Notes: generated from the sequence alone by a model not told the origin. Numbered from the whole stretch's first letter, positions 50,077 through 62,327 are shown. The stretch: DNA of 63,105 nucleotides, filler included, from a bacterium (GCA_024278215.1; 5 parts of 5 records of this genome joined end to end with filler, not necessarily neighbours in it); one strand, 5' to 3'. Numbers and translations are program-made.

Positions 50077-51414
50077 TCAGAGCAGGTTGGCGGCGAGTTC
50101 GGCGAGCTCCGAACGCTCGCCTTTCATCAGTGTCACGTGCCCGGCTATCGGGCTGTTTTTGAATTTTTCGACGACATAGTTCAAGCCGTTGCTGTTCATG
50201 TCGAGATATGGATGGTCTATCTGGTAGGGGTCGCCGGTGAGTATTATTTTCGTATTTTTGCCGGCGCGTGTGATGATGGTTTTCACTTCATGCGGCGAAA
50301 GATTCTGTGCTTCGTCAACTATCATATATCTTTCCGGCAGGCTGCGTCCGCGGATGTATGTTAGCGGTTCGATATTGATCACGCGCGTGTTTTCGATAAT
50401 GTCGCGGATGTTGTCTTTTCTCTTTTTCTTTTCACCGCCGGACGTGAATATAAGATCGAGATTATCATATATAGGCACCATCCAGGGGTCGAGTTTTTCG
50501 CCGATGCCGCCGGGCAGGAATCCGAGGTCTTTGCCCATCGGTATGACGGGTCTCGACACGAGCATCTCTTCATATCTTCCGTCTTCGACGACCATTTTTA
50601 CGCCGGCCGCGAGTGCGAGAAGCGTCTTCCCCGTTCCCGCTCGACCGTTCAACGTCACCAGTTGTATCCTCTCGTCCATCAGTATTTCCAGGGCGAACAA
50701 TTGCTCGGGATTCCGCGGTGTGATGCCCGCGAAATCCGTCTCGAGATCGTAGTTGAGAGGATAAATAACATCTTTGTCCGGGGCGCGGCGACCGTATATC
50801 ACCTCACCGGACTCCCCGCATATAAGCACTATCATTTCATTCGGCGTCAGCGGCGTCTCGAGGTCCAGTTTTATTTCCTTCATGCTGGACAGTGTATCCA
50901 TTAATTTCTTATCGACATCCATCTCGCGGAACCCCATGTATAATTCGTCGAGCTCGACTTTGCCCGCTTCATAGTCTGTCGATTTCAGCCCGATCGTTTC
51001 GGCCTTTATGCGCATGTTTATGTCTTTTGTGACGAAGACGCATTCATAATCCGGATTCTTTTCGGCGATGCTGAGTGCGGTCGCGAGTATCCTGTTGTCT
51101 TCTTTATTTGTCCTTATGCTTGGCGGCAGCGAATGGAGTGTTTTTTCGCCGAAGATGACCGAAACCCTGCAACCGTTGTCCAGTTCCACGCCTTGGGAAA
51201 GGCTGCCCTTCACCCGGAGTTCGTCGAGCAGGCGTGAAGTGCGGCGCGCGTTGCTTCCGACATCGTCCATGCGCCTTTTGTGGTCGTCGATTTCTTCGAT
51301 GACCTCGAGCGGGATCATAACGATGCCGCCGGGATAGGCATTGAGGCAATTGGCGTCGTGGAGAAAAATGTTGGTGTCGGGAATAATAATCGTTTTGTTG
51401 TTGCTTTCCGTCAT
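50077..51414 (-). CDS. PIN-PhoH (PhoH2-like) protein
   Basis: N-terminal PIN (DTNIFLHD, DNRIL), GRAGTGKT, YIRGRS, DEAQN. Confidence 0.92.
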   Translation of the reverse strand: MTESNNKTIIIPDTNIFLHDANCLNAYPGGIVMIPLEVIEEIDDHKRRMDDVGSNARRTSRLLDELRVKGSLSQGVELDNGCRVSVIFGEKTLHSLPPSIRTNKEDNRILATALSIAEKNPDYECVFVTKDINMRIKAETIGLKSTDYEAGKVELDELYMGFREMDVDKKLMDTLSSMKEIKLDLETPLTPNEMIVLICGESGEVIYGRRAPDKDVIYPLNYDLETDFAGITPRNPEQLFALEILMDERIQLVTLNGRAGTGKTLLALAAGVKMVVEDGRYEEMLVSRPVIPMGKDLGFLPGGIGEKLDPWMVPIYDNLDLIFTSGGEKKKRKDNIRDIIENTRVINIEPLTYIRGRSLPERYMIVDEAQNLSPHEVKTIITRAGKNTKIILTGDPYQIDHPYLDMNSNGLNYVVEKFKNSPIAGHVTLMKGERSELAELAANLL

Positions 51415-52595
51415 AATTTTTTTAACCTTTCCACCGCTTCAGCGATTCTGTCTTCGGGTTCGACGAGGGCGAATCTGACATGATCGTTACCGGCTTCTCC
51501 GAAGCCGATACCGGGCGCGACCGCGACCCCGGTTTCCTTTACTATCAAAGATGCGAATTCCATTGAAGTCATTTCCTTGAACTGCTCGGGGATGGGTGTC
51601 CAGACATACATAGTCGCTTTCGGCCTGATGTGTTTCCAGCCTAGTTTGTCGAGACCGTCGCACAGCACGTCGCGGCGCCGCTGGTAGGCGGCGGCAGTTT
51701 CCGCGACCATATCATCGCTTAGTTCCAGCGCGCGCACGGCGGCCTTCTGGATGGCAGAGAAGACACCGAAATCGACATAGCTCTTCATTTTCGCGAGCAT
51801 TTTCAATATGCCTGCATTCCCAACGACGAAAGCTATGCGCCAGCCCGCCATGCTGAAGGTCTTCGAGAAGCTGTGGAACTCGACGCCGACATCCTTCGCG
51901 CCTTCCGCCTGGAAAAAACTCGGTGCCCTATATCCGTCGAAACATATCTCCGAGTATGCGGCGTCGTGGCTTATGATCACTCGGTGTTCGTGCGCGAAAT
52001 TGACGACGTCCACGAAATAATTGCGGTCGACGCACACGGTTGTCGGATTGTGGGGATAGCTGAGGTACATGAGTTTGGCGCGCCTGAGGACCGCCGGGTC
52101 GAGACCGCGGTAGTCGGGCAGGTAGTCGTTCTCAGGCAGCAGCGGCATGTTGTAGAGCGTGCCTCCGAAAATTATTACGCTATTGAAGAAGATTGGATAT
52201 GTCGGGCTGGGCACAAGGGCGTAGTCGTCGCGGTTGAGAAAAGCCGCGGACAGGTTGGCGATGCCCTCTTTCGAGCCGATGAGCACGAGTACTTCCGTGC
52301 TCGGGTTGAGGTCGACATTGAACCGTTTTCCGTACCAGTAGGCTATCGCCCGCTTTAGTTCTATGGAACCGTCGCCTGCTGGATACCGGTTGATATGTTT
52401 CACGTTTATCGCTTCGCAAAGCTCTTTCCTTATAGGTTCCGGTACCATCAGGTCGGGGCTGCCCATGCCCATGTCGATGATGTCCATACCCTGCATTCGC
52501 GCTTCGTTCTTAAGCCTGTTGATGGTGGTAAAGACATAAGGCGGAAGTTTGCTGATGCGGTTCGCCTGCATATTTTCTATTTCGAAAAAACTCAT
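51411..52595 (-). CDS. Class I/II PLP aminotransferase (LL-diaminopimelate/AlaC-like)
   Basis: LPPYVF, YPHNPT, HDAAYSE, SFSKTFSMAGWR. Confidence 0.88.
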   Translation of the reverse strand: MSFFEIENMQANRISKLPPYVFTTINRLKNEARMQGMDIIDMGMGSPDLMVPEPIRKELCEAINVKHINRYPAGDGSIELKRAIAYWYGKRFNVDLNPSTEVLVLIGSKEGIANLSAAFLNRDDYALVPSPTYPIFFNSVIIFGGTLYNMPLLPENDYLPDYRGLDPAVLRRAKLMYLSYPHNPTTVCVDRNYFVDVVNFAHEHRVIISHDAAYSEICFDGYRAPSFFQAEGAKDVGVEFHSFSKTFSMAGWRIAFVVGNAGILKMLAKMKSYVDFGVFSAIQKAAVRALELSDDMVAETAAAYQRRRDVLCDGLDKLGWKHIRPKATMYVWTPIPEQFKEMTSMEFASLIVKETGVAVAPGIGFGEAGNDHVRFALVEPEDRIAEAVERLKKL

Positions 52596-52867
52596 TTTCG
52601 TGTGTCCTCTCCCGGACATTGCGGCGTGTGAAGATTTAAGTACGTCCTCATTTTACAATAAATAATTTTACAATTATATCTATTGGGCGATTCAACATCA
52701 ATCGTAAGAGCTGCCTGCCGGAGTCTGTTCGCAGCGAGGTCGTGGAAAATTGATCAGAGCAAAGAAGTTGAATTGTTTTGAATCGGGCATAGAATTACAT
52801 AAGCGGCAGTCGTTGCAGGCCGCGGTTGCGCGTAATTTGCAACAGTCTGAAAGGAAAAAAGTTTTCA

Positions 52868-54862
52868 GTGGAAGGTTTTTTCAAACTCGAATCTTCTTAT
52901 GAGCCGTGTGGCGACCAGCCGAAGGCTATCGACAGGCTTGTCGAGAGCATCGAGGAGGATAATAAATTCACCACGCTTGTCGGCGTCACAGGTTCGGGCA
53001 AGACATACACAATCGCAAATGTCATCGAGCGTTTGCAGCGGCCCACACTTGTGATTTCCCACAATAAAACGCTCGCGGCGCAGCTTTGCAACGAGTTTAA
53101 GAGCTTCTTTCCCTCCAATGCGAATGAATATTTCGTCAGCTATTACGACTACTACCAGCCGGAAGCATATATGCCTGTGACGGATACATATATAGAAAAA
53201 GATTCGGCGGTCAACCAGGAGATCGACCGCCTGAGGCACTCGGCAACACAGGCTGTGCTGCTGCGCAATGATGTTGTAGTCGTGGGCAGTGTGTCCGCGA
53301 TATACGGGCTGGGCTCGCCGCAGGACTACCAGGACGTGTGCCTCACGCTCGAAGCGGGTGCCGAGTATGACCGCGACGATCTCCTGCTCACTCTCATCAG
53401 GATGCAGTACGAGCGCACGGAGGACCTGCTCGAGACCGGCAAGTTCAGGGTCAGAGGCGGCACCGTCGAGTTGATACCTTCCGACCGCGAGACTGTCGTG
53501 AAACTCGATTTCTTCGGCGACGATCTCGAGCGAATAACACAAATGGACCTCATTACGGGCGAAACGATTATGAGGCCCGAAAAGATAATGCTGTTCCCGG
53601 CGACTCATTACGTGCTGATTCCCGAGCGGCTGACGGATGTGTTGCAAAGTATTAGCGACGAGCTCGGCGAGCGGTATAAAGAACTGCGCGGCTTGGGCAG
53701 GGAACTGGAGGCGAACAGACTGTGGGAGCGCACACAGTATGACATGGAGATGCTGCGCGAGATGGGCTACTGCCACGGCATCGAGAACTATTCGCGTCAC
53801 TTCGACGGTCGTAAGCCGGGCGAGCCGCCTTATACTCTAAGCAGCTATTTCCCCGACGATATGCTTGTCGTCGTGGACGAATCGCATGTGACGATTCCGC
53901 AACTGCGGGCGATGTGCAACGGAGACAGGGCGCGCAAGAACAGTCTCGTCGAGTTTGGGTTCAGACTGCCGTCGGCCTACGACAACCGGCCGCTCAACTT
54001 CGACGAATTCGTCGAGCGGTCGCCGAATATAATATTTGTCAGCGCCACGCCGGGTCCGTTCGAGCTGAAAAATAGTGGTCGTATAGTCGAGCAGATAATC
54101 AGGCCGACCGGTCTTGTGGACCCGCGTGTCGAAGTGAAACCGATCAAGGGCCAGATGGCGCTGCTGCTCGATGAAATACATACCGTCGTCGAACGCAATG
54201 AACGCGCGCTGGTGACTACGCTTACTAAAAAGATGGCAGAAGAATTGACTGATTACCTCGTCGAGAAAAACGTGCGCGCACGCTACATGCACTCGGATAT
54301 CGATACGCTCGACCGGATACAGATAATATACGACCTGCGCCGCGGCGACTTCGATGTGCTCGTCGGCATCAACCTGCTGCGCGAAGGACTCGACCTGCCG
54401 GAAGTGTCGCTTGTGGCGATTCTCGACGCCGATAAAGAGGGCTTCTTAAGGTCGGCCACAACGCTCATTCAGACGATGGGCCGCGCCGCACGCAATGTCA
54501 ACGGTAAGGTGATCCTTTTCGGCGACAAAGAAACGGATTCGATGAAACTGGCGCTGAAGGAAACAGGCCGACGCAGGAAACGCCAGATCGAATATAACAA
54601 AAAGTACGACATCGTGCCGAAAACAATTACGAAATGTGTGCAGGACAGATTCGAGACCACCGGCTACAGAGTGTCGGACCGGCGCGGCGAGTTCGTCGCG
54701 AAACAGATCGAACTGCAATCCGTCGCGGACCTGACGCTGCACGTCGATAAACTCGAGAAGGAGATGTGGGAAGCGTCAGACCGGCTCGATTTCGAGACGG
54801 CAGCCGCCATCCGCGACCAGATCAACCTGATAAAGGCAAAGAAAGGCGACAAACCCGTCTGA
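52868..54862 (+). CDS. uvrB: Excinuclease ABC subunit B
   Basis: [40 protein letters not shown]. Confidence 0.97.
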   Translation: MEGFFKLESSYEPCGDQPKAIDRLVESIEEDNKFTTLVGVTGSGKTYTIANVIERLQRPTLVISHNKTLAAQLCNEFKSFFPSNANEYFVSYYDYYQPEAYMPVTDTYIEKDSAVNQEIDRLRHSATQAVLLRNDVVVVGSVSAIYGLGSPQDYQDVCLTLEAGAEYDRDDLLLTLIRMQYERTEDLLETGKFRVRGGTVELIPSDRETVVKLDFFGDDLERITQMDLITGETIMRPEKIMLFPATHYVLIPERLTDVLQSISDELGERYKELRGLGRELEANRLWERTQYDMEMLREMGYCHGIENYSRHFDGRKPGEPPYTLSSYFPDDMLVVVDESHVTIPQLRAMCNGDRARKNSLVEFGFRLPSAYDNRPLNFDEFVERSPNIIFVSATPGPFELKNSGRIVEQIIRPTGLVDPRVEVKPIKGQMALLLDEIHTVVERNERALVTTLTKKMAEELTDYLVEKNVRARYMHSDIDTLDRIQIIYDLRRGDFDVLVGINLLREGLDLPEVSLVAILDADKEGFLRSATTLIQTMGRAARNVNGKVILFGDKETDSMKLALKETGRRRKRQIEYNKKYDIVPKTITKCVQDRFETTGYRVSDRRGEFVAKQIELQSVADLTLHVDKLEKEMWEASDRLDFETAAAIRDQINLIKAKKGDKPV

Positions 54863-57681
54863 TGAAAAATATTACTGTTACAGGCGCGAGGGTCCACAAC
54901 CTGAAAAATATCAGTGTGACTATCCCGCGCAACGCGCTGGTGGCGATTACGGGAGTGAGCGGATCGGGTAAAACATCGCTCGCTTTCGACACGATATTCG
55001 CGGAAGGACAGCGCCGCTATTTCGATACGCTTTCGGCATATTCGCGCCAGTTTGTGCAGGATATGGAACGCCCGGATGTCGATCTCATCGAGGGGCTTTC
55101 TCCCGCTATCAGCGTCAGCCAGAAGGGTATGCCCACAAGCCCGCGCTCGACCGTCGGCACTCTCACAGAGATATATGATTACCTGCGCCTGTTCTTCACC
55201 GCCGCCGGCACGCCCGTCTGCCCGAAGTGCGACATCGAGATAACTTCCTCATCGCCCGAACGCATCGCCGACCTGCTCATCGAGCAGCGCTCCAATACAT
55301 TCGTTTATATTTTGGCTCCGCTCGTCATCGGCAGGAAAGGAATATATATAGACCTGATCGAAAAGGTTGCTAAGAAGGGATTCACCCGCGTGCGCGTCGA
55401 CGGCGACCTTTATCATGTCGACGATCCTATCGAGATGAGCCGCTACAAAATCCACAATATCGAACTCGTGGTCGACCGACTTGTAGTGAACCTTCTGAAC
55501 CGCGAGCGCATAGTCGACTCGCTCACGACAGGCGCGAAAGAGGGTAAAGGCGCAATAGTCATTCATGACCGCGAAAGCGGCGAAGACACGACATACAGCA
55601 CGCGCATGTCATGCCCCGTCTGCGGCTACAGCCTGCCGAAGCTGTCGCCACGCATGTTCTCTTTCAACCATCCGTCCGGCGCGTGTCCGTCGTGCAGGGG
55701 AGTCGGGCATGTCGAAACATTCGATCCGGCTCTCGTAGTTCCCGACCCGGACCTGTCTTTGCAGGAAGGAGCGATAGCGCCGATTCCGCGGCTTAAGAAT
55801 TCATTTAACTACAAGCTGGTATGCGCGGTGGTCGAACATGCCGGAGAAACTCCCGCGACGCCGATATCGCAGTACGGAAAAAAAGCGCTGGACATGCTTT
55901 TCGATGGTGGTGTAGCGAAGAAAAAGTTCAAGATAAGATACCGCTCGCATACAGGCAAATGGCGGTTCGCAACCGTGGCCTATCACGGGCTCGGCGCGCT
56001 GCTATTCGACATGCTGCACGCGACGTCATCGGACAGAGTTCGCGATAAACTCGGGGAGTATATGTCGCTTGTCGACTGCCCCGAGTGCGGCGGAGCCAGG
56101 CTGAGGCCCGAGTCGCTGGCCGTACGCATACACGGCAGCAGCATCGCCGATCTTGCAATGATGCCTGTGGATAAACTCGCGGAATATCTCGACGGACTCG
56201 TGCTGAATGAGAAGGAAAAAGCTGTCGGCAGGGGACTTATGAATGAGGTGCGTAAACGCATAGGTTTTATGATGGATGTCGGGCTTGGGTATCTCACGTT
56301 GAACAGGAAAGCGGCGACACTTTCGGGAGGCGAATACCAGAGAGTGCGGCTGGCGGCGCAGATCGGCACGTATCTCGCGGGCGTGACCTATGTGCTGGAC
56401 GAACCGTCTGTCGCCCTGCACGCGCGCGACGGTCAGCGGCTGCTCGATACGCTCGAACGTCTCCGCGACCTGGGCAACTCGGTGCTCGTTGTCGAACACG
56501 ACGAATTCACAATCGAACGCGCCGACCACATCGTGGATCTAGGCCCCGGCGCCGGCCGCCTCGGCGGCAGGCTTATCGGACAGGGCACCGCGAAGCAACT
56601 CGCACGTAATAAAGATTCGCTGACAGGCCAGTACCTGTCGGGCAAACTCGAGGTGAACTCCGCTTCCAAACGCAGGAAACCCGGAAAAGAAAAACTTGTC
56701 CTGCACGGCGCGGCCGGAAATAACCTGAAGAATATAAAAGTGGAAATACCTGTCGGCCTCTTCACCTGTCTGACCGGGGTCAGCGGTTCCGGCAAGAGCA
56801 CGCTCGCTGCGGACACACTCATGCCCGCGCTGCAGAAAGCGCTTGAACTTAAACATGAAAAGCCGCTGCCTTACAAAAAACTCGAAGGCGCGGAATATAT
56901 ACAACGCGCGTTGTTCGTGGACACATCGCCCATCGGCAAAACCCCGCGCTCGACTCCAGCCACCTACACCGGCCTGTTCGACCAGATAAGAAAGCTATTC
57001 ACCGCGCTGCCCGAATCGAGGGCACGCGGATACAAGGCGGGGCGTTTCAGCTACAACGTCAAGGGCGGCCGATGCGAAGCCTGCGGCGGCAACGGTGTGC
57101 TGCGTGTCGAGATGCACTTTCTGCCGGATGTTTTTGTTAAATGCGATGTGTGCAACGGCAAGCGCTATAACAACGAAACGCTCGAAGTGACTTTCAAAGG
57201 AAAGAACATCGCCGAAATTCTTCAGATGACCGCCGAGGAAGCATACCCGGTATTCGAGAACATTCCTAAGGTGAGCAAACAACTTGCGATAATGCGCGAC
57301 ATCGGGCTGGACTATCTGCTGCTGGGTCAACCCGCCCCTACCCTGTCGTCGGGCGAGGCGCAAAGGATAAAACTCGCTTCCGAACTCCAGTCGACAAATA
57401 ACAACCGGACATTCTACCTGCTCGATGAGCCGACCAGGGGCCTGCATTTCTCGGACATACAGAAACTCGTCGACATCGTCAACAGGCTCGTCGACATGGG
57501 CAACACGGTAGTTGTCGTCGAACACAATCTCGACGTGGTGAAATGCGCCGACTGGATAATCGACCTCGGACCGGAAGGCGGCGATGAAGGAGGCCGAATC
57601 ATCGCGCAGGGGCCGCCGGAAAAGATCGCCCGCTCAAAAAAATCACACACAGGCAGGTTCCTGAAAAAATATTTAAAATGA
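54862..57681 (+). CDS. uvrA: Excinuclease ABC subunit A
   Basis: GARVHNLKN, two Walker A motifs (GVSGSGK), Zn fingers, LSGGE, LDEP. Confidence 0.97.
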   Translation: MKNITVTGARVHNLKNISVTIPRNALVAITGVSGSGKTSLAFDTIFAEGQRRYFDTLSAYSRQFVQDMERPDVDLIEGLSPAISVSQKGMPTSPRSTVGTLTEIYDYLRLFFTAAGTPVCPKCDIEITSSSPERIADLLIEQRSNTFVYILAPLVIGRKGIYIDLIEKVAKKGFTRVRVDGDLYHVDDPIEMSRYKIHNIELVVDRLVVNLLNRERIVDSLTTGAKEGKGAIVIHDRESGEDTTYSTRMSCPVCGYSLPKLSPRMFSFNHPSGACPSCRGVGHVETFDPALVVPDPDLSLQEGAIAPIPRLKNSFNYKLVCAVVEHAGETPATPISQYGKKALDMLFDGGVAKKKFKIRYRSHTGKWRFATVAYHGLGALLFDMLHATSSDRVRDKLGEYMSLVDCPECGGARLRPESLAVRIHGSSIADLAMMPVDKLAEYLDGLVLNEKEKAVGRGLMNEVRKRIGFMMDVGLGYLTLNRKAATLSGGEYQRVRLAAQIGTYLAGVTYVLDEPSVALHARDGQRLLDTLERLRDLGNSVLVVEHDEFTIERADHIVDLGPGAGRLGGRLIGQGTAKQLARNKDSLTGQYLSGKLEVNSASKRRKPGKEKLVLHGAAGNNLKNIKVEIPVGLFTCLTGVSGSGKSTLAADTLMPALQKALELKHEKPLPYKKLEGAEYIQRALFVDTSPIGKTPRSTPATYTGLFDQIRKLFTALPESRARGYKAGRFSYNVKGGRCEACGGNGVLRVEMHFLPDVFVKCDVCNGKRYNNETLEVTFKGKNIAEILQMTAEEAYPVFENIPKVSKQLAIMRDIGLDYLLLGQPAPTLSSGEAQRIKLASELQSTNNNRTFYLLDEPTRGLHFSDIQKLVDIVNRLVDMGNTVVVVEHNLDVVKCADWIIDLGPEGGDEGGRIIAQGPPEKIARSKKSHTGRFLKKYLK

Positions 57682-57684
57682 TAA

Positions 57685-57821
57685 GAGCCAGTTGCAAAAT
57701 TATGTTCGAAGCGAGGTCGAGCGAAATTGGTCGGAAGCAAGGCGGAGGTGCAAAATCCCCGCAGGCGTACTTGTAGAGTACGTCGAGGATGATTTTGTGC
57801 CGACAACGCAGCTGTTGACAA
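57685..57821 (+). mobile_element. MITE family A, cut by contig end, 3 nt after the uvrA stop
   Basis: GAGCCAGTTGCAAAAT TIR and family A body. Confidence 0.85.
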
Positions 57822-58060
57822 NNNNNNNNNNNNNNNNNNNNNNNNNNNNNNNNNNNNNNNNNNNNTTAATTAATTAANNNNNNNNNNNNNNNNNNNNNNN
57901 NNNNNNNNNNNNNNNNNNNNNAAAAAAATGGAAAAACACGTCAGAAAAAGAAGAGAACGCGAAACATTTCGACAAATACTCGATGGACGTCTGAAAAACT
58001 CAAAAAATTTCAAAATGAAAATTTGAGCAAAGGCCGATAAGCAGATTTTATCAACAGCGT

Positions 58061-58177
58061 CAACTTGTGCGTTTTTGAAACATGCGCAGAATTTCCCGGG
58101 GACACTATCCGGAGTTAAAGGGCAAATTCCGGTCAGGCCCCCGAAATTCTTACATAATATCTGAATCCGCAGTTCAG
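58061..58177. repeat. Family B repeat, copy 2
   Basis: Reverse-complement similarity to 185-304. Confidence 0.75.
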
Positions 58178-58452
58178 TTATTAACAACATTACCCGTTTT
58201 CTGCTGATATTATCCATATAGATGTTTTTTGAAATCCTGCGCAAGGTGGGGTAAAGAAATGCTGAAAAGAAATCGGTAGACGCAGGAGATTCCAGTTCCA
58301 AGCGTTCCCAAGGTGGACCCCGGGAACGATGAAAAAGGGTGAACCCTGGGAACGATGAAACTCTGTGTGCCGTGCTCGAACCGCATTTGTTCGGGCACGA
58401 AAATGCGACATTTTTGCTTCCGGCTATGCCGGGTTAGGAGTCTGCTACAGAA

Positions 58453-59463
58453 ATGCCGGCGACAGCAACCAGAAAAAAGAACAGTACACGACGAGCATCT
58501 GCGAGATCGGCCGCGAATGCACCTGCACCTGTACACGAAAACATGTTGTACCTTTCTTTATTTGCAGGTGCGCTTATCGCGCTTATTCCTGCTGTGAAGT
58601 ATGCACAGGACGTATTCGGTTTCATGTCACCTGTGAGATATATTGCCGCAGTTGCGACGGGATTCCTTACAGGGGTTTCCGGGAACCCGGTCTTTTTCCT
58701 GATCCCCGGCGGCGTCGCCGAGATGTTCGGTGTGCACCCGGACATCATCTCCGTTTTCCCATACAGTATGGTTTCCCCGGTAATTCCGGCGTCCACAAGC
58801 ATTCTGTTTGTGAGTGTGTTGTGCGGGATCACAGGATTGAGAGATGGGTTGAAAAGAGGCCGGCTCAGGTACGAACCAGCTATGATATTGCCTGTTCTTT
58901 CGCTGACGGGGATGGCGGCGGCATGGTGGGCGAAGAGTGTTTCGCCGCTTTTCAACGACCTGATGTCGAGCGTGGCGAACAGTCCGTATTTTCTCGGCGC
59001 TGTTTTTTTCATGATACTTTTTCTCGGCGCCGCGAAGTTGCTTGCAGGTAATAAATCGACAAACAGGCACTGGTTGTTAAGCATAGCGGCAGGACCTGTC
59101 ATAGGGTTCTGGATCGGCTATCTGGGTGGCGCGTGGATGTGGTTTCTGGCAGCTATTCTACTTTTTGTGTACGTGATAGTTCTGAACGAATCGATCATGG
59201 GAATAATTGTTTCGCTGCCGCTCGTGGCGGCACCTGTGTGCGCCGCAAAGATATTCTACAACTCAGGCGGCAGTTTCCATTCGCTTTTCAGGGGTGAATT
59301 ATCGGCAATCGAATGGCCTGCGCTGGTGTCGATAGCAGTGTTTTTCTGCCTTGGACATCTTTTTATGATCAAAGTGATGGGCGCCCTGCCCTCCGGTGTG
59401 CGGCGGGGTGTGTTCTTTTCTTCCTACATAATATTCATGGTCTATTTCATTATCACTCTCTAA
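58453..59463 (+). CDS. Multi-pass membrane protein, possibly TauE/SafE-like
   Basis: Many hydrophobic segments, GFWIGYLGG; start could be 58543. Confidence 0.5.
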   Translation: MPATATRKKNSTRRASARSAANAPAPVHENMLYLSLFAGALIALIPAVKYAQDVFGFMSPVRYIAAVATGFLTGVSGNPVFFLIPGGVAEMFGVHPDIISVFPYSMVSPVIPASTSILFVSVLCGITGLRDGLKRGRLRYEPAMILPVLSLTGMAAAWWAKSVSPLFNDLMSSVANSPYFLGAVFFMILFLGAAKLLAGNKSTNRHWLLSIAAGPVIGFWIGYLGGAWMWFLAAILLFVYVIVLNESIMGIIVSLPLVAAPVCAAKIFYNSGGSFHSLFRGELSAIEWPALVSIAVFFCLGHLFMIKVMGALPSGVRRGVFFSSYIIFMVYFIITL

Positions 59464-59548
59464 CCCGGATTTCTTTGCGGGAAATGCGAGTGAAAAATAT
59501 CGCGCGCGTTATTTACCGGCAGCCCGGTTGCGGATAACATCTATAGGA

Positions 59549-59597
59549 GAGTCAATTGCAACATTCTGATTCGGCTGCGGTCGGCTGCAATTACCTC
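59549..59597 (-). mobile_element. Second 49-bp derivative of MITE family A
   Basis: GAGTCAATTGCAACATTCTGATTCGGCTGCGGTCGGCTGCAATTACCTC; flanks AGGA/AAGA. Confidence 0.65.
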
Positions 59598-59638
59598 AAG
59601 AAAGAGAAAAAATCGGATCGTGGACAGGGAGGTTGTTT

Positions 59639-60070
59639 ATGGTTAAAAACGAAGATTGCTTATTTTGCAGAATTGTTGCGGGGGAACTGGCCGCCGTGAA
59701 AGTTGCAGAAACGGAAAAGTGCATAGCAATTCTTGACGCTTTTCCAGTTACGAGGGGACACACGCTTGTAATCCCCAAAGAACACTCGGACGATATTTTC
59801 GGGATGTCGGATGATGATGTCGAAGACGCGATAAAACTTCTGCGGGATGTAGCGGCCGGACTTAAGAAAGCTTACGGATGCCCCGGAATAAATCTTCTTA
59901 AGAACATAGGAAGACCGGCCGGCCAGGTAGTTTTTCATTCTCATTTCCATGCGATACCGCGCTACGGCGACGATAATATCACAATTCGTTTTGGAAAGAA
60001 ACTTGATTTCTCCGAGGCTGAAAAAGCGGAGATCGCTTCCGACATCAGGAACAATATGCCCGGCAGATAA
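59639..60070 (+). CDS. HIT family hydrolase
   Basis: CLFCRI, GHTLVIPKEH, GQVVFHSHFHAIPR. Confidence 0.92.
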   Translation: MVKNEDCLFCRIVAGELAAVKVAETEKCIAILDAFPVTRGHTLVIPKEHSDDIFGMSDDDVEDAIKLLRDVAAGLKKAYGCPGINLLKNIGRPAGQVVFHSHFHAIPRYGDDNITIRFGKKLDFSEAEKAEIASDIRNNMPGR

Positions 60071-60071
60071 A

Positions 60072-61109
60072 TTATTCTTTCCCCATGCAGCATTTCTTAT
60101 ATTTCTTGCCACTTCCGCATGGACACGGATCGTTGCGGCCTATTTTCGTACTTTTAATAGTTTTTACAGCACCGCCTCTGCCACCTTTTCCCGGTTTCGT
60201 GTCTGGTGGTTCGCCTGATGCTGTGATTGCGCTCCGGTCTCCCTCGGTTGCGGATTTTACCTCATCGGTGTTTTCGCTCACCGCGCGCACACGCCGTCTC
60301 TGCTGCATCACTTCAACCATCAGTATCAGTCTGATCACGTCGCGCCTGATATCGTCTTTCATCTGGTCGAACATCTCGAAAGCTTCCTTCTGGTAGGCGA
60401 CAATCGGGTCGACCTGTGCGTAGGCCCGAAGCCCGATACCTTCCTTGAGATGATCCATGGAGTAAAGGTGGTCTATCCATTTTTCATCAATAGCCCTCAG
60501 CATCACGATGCGTTCGAGTTCGCGCATTGTCTCCTCGCCGAGCCGCGCTTCCTTGTCGAGATAAAATTTTTCTATGTAGCCGCAAACCATCTCCTTGATT
60601 TCTTCACGCTTTTTATTCTGAAAGTCTTTAAGGGTGAACGGTATCCTGAAGCAGAGATAGAATATTTCGTCGTAGAACGCCTGAAGATTCCAGTCCTTCG
60701 GGTCGAGTTCCGCATTGCAGCAACGGTCAAGACAGCCGGTTATAAGTTTGTCCAGAAAGTCGAGAACCTTATCTTTCAGATTCTCGCCGAAGAGCACTTC
60801 GCGTCGCATCGTGTAGACAGTGTCGCGCTGTTTGTTCATCACATCGTCATATTCGAGCACATGTTTTCTTATCTCGAAGTTTCGTGCCTCGACTTTTTTC
60901 TGGGCGCTCTCTATCGACTTTGAAACCCATGGATGCTCGATGGGATCGTCGTCGCTGAAGCCCACGCGCTCCATCAGGTTGCTGATGCGGTCGGAGCCGA
61001 AAAGACGCATCAGGTCGTCTTCGAGAGAAAGGAAAAATTTCGATGCGCCGTTGTCGCCCTGTCTGCCGGAGCGGCCCCGAAGCTGGTTGTCGATGCGGCG
61101 CGACTCGTG
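60072..61109 (-). CDS. secA: Preprotein translocase SecA, C-terminal part
   Basis: HESRRIDNQLRGRSGRQGD, AQKKVEARNF, SEC-C motif GRNDPCPCGSGKKYKKCC. Confidence 0.97.
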   Translation of the reverse strand, partial: HESRRIDNQLRGRSGRQGDNGASKFFLSLEDDLMRLFGSDRISNLMERVGFSDDDPIEHPWVSKSIESAQKKVEARNFEIRKHVLEYDDVMNKQRDTVYTMRREVLFGENLKDKVLDFLDKLITGCLDRCCNAELDPKDWNLQAFYDEIFYLCFRIPFTLKDFQNKKREEIKEMVCGYIEKFYLDKEARLGEETMRELERIVMLRAIDEKWIDHLYSMDHLKEGIGLRAYAQVDPIVAYQKEAFEMFDQMKDDIRRDVIRLILMVEVMQQRRRVRAVSENTDEVKSATEGDRSAITASGEPPDTKPGKGGRGGAVKTIKSTKIGRNDPCPCGSGKKYKKCCMGKE

Positions 61110-61209
61110 NNNNNNNNNNNNNNNNNNNNNNNNNNNNNNNNNNNNNNNNNNNNTTAATTAATTAANNNNNNNNNNNNNNNNNNNNNNNNNNNNNNNNNNN
61201 NNNNNNNNN

Positions 61210-61237
61210 AGCAGAATCAGAATTTTGCAATTGGCTC
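61210..61237 (+). mobile_element. MITE family A right end at contig start
   Basis: AGCAGAATCAGAATTTTGCAATTGGCTC. Confidence 0.75.
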
Positions 61238-61274
61238 CTGAAAATAGAGCAATAATACAGACTGGAGCAACGAC

Positions 61275-62300
61275 ATGCTGATCGTAATGAGAAATGACGC
61301 GACGGACAAGCAGATAGAAGCGGTATCGAAAGTCGTAAAGGAAATGGGTTTCACGCCCTACGCCATACCGGGCGGGCAGCGGACGGCGATCGGCGTGCTG
61401 GGCAATGAGAAGCAGGTGGACTCGGCCCCCCTCGAACGCCTGTCCGGAGTTGTGAACATCATTCACGTCTCGCAGCCGTACAAACTAGTGGGCCGCGAAA
61501 TGAGGCAGGAAGATTCAGTCGTCGAAGTCGGTCCGGTGAAGATAGGCGCGGGCCGGCTCGTCGTCATAGCCGGGCCTTGCTCGGTGGAGAGCCGCGAGCA
61601 GATGATGTCCACAGCGAAATTCGTAGTGAAACAGGGCGCTTCCATCCTGAGGGGCGGCGCGTTCAAGCCGCGCACATCGCCGTATTCTTTCCAGGGCCTG
61701 GGCAAAGAGGGTCTCGACCTGCTCGCCGAAGCCCGCGAAGTGTCGGGGATGCCCTTTGTCACCGAAGTGATGGACGAGTCGTCGCTCGAACAGACTGTAG
61801 AGGTTGCGGACATGCTCCAGATCGGCGCGCGCAATATGCAGAATTTCGCGCTGCTCAAACAAGTCGGGCAGACCGACAAACCAGTACTGCTCAAGCGCGG
61901 CATGTCGGCGACTGTCAAAGATCTGCTCATGGCGGCGGAATACATAATGAGCGAGGGCAACGAAAAGATCGTGCTTTGCGAACGCGGCATAAGGACGTTT
62001 TCCGACGCATCGCGCAGTACACTTGATATATGCGCGATACCGTCGATAAAAGAAAAAAGTCACCTGCCGCTGCTGGTGGACCCGAGCCATGCGACGGGCG
62101 AATGGAACAAGGTTGCACCCGCAGCCTGCGCCGCTGTCGCGGCGGGGGCGGATGCCATTATGGTCGAGGTGCACCCGCACCCGGAGAAAGCGAAAAGCGA
62201 TGGCCCGCAATCGCTCACCTTCGAGCATTTCGAGCAGTTTATGCAGCAGGTGAAAGCGATAGCCGCCGCCGCGGGCAAAGAGCTGTTTGAACTCGGGTAG
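61275..62300 (+). CDS. aroF: DAHP synthase type I-beta with N-terminal regulatory domain
   Basis: IAGPCSVE, GGAFKPRTSPYSFQG, QIGARNMQN, VDPSH. Confidence 0.92.
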   Translation: MLIVMRNDATDKQIEAVSKVVKEMGFTPYAIPGGQRTAIGVLGNEKQVDSAPLERLSGVVNIIHVSQPYKLVGREMRQEDSVVEVGPVKIGAGRLVVIAGPCSVESREQMMSTAKFVVKQGASILRGGAFKPRTSPYSFQGLGKEGLDLLAEAREVSGMPFVTEVMDESSLEQTVEVADMLQIGARNMQNFALLKQVGQTDKPVLLKRGMSATVKDLLMAAEYIMSEGNEKIVLCERGIRTFSDASRSTLDICAIPSIKEKSHLPLLVDPSHATGEWNKVAPAACAAVAAGADAIMVEVHPHPEKAKSDGPQSLTFEHFEQFMQQVKAIAAAAGKELFELG

Positions 62301-62327
62301 ATTGCAACCGAACGGAACGCGATAGAA

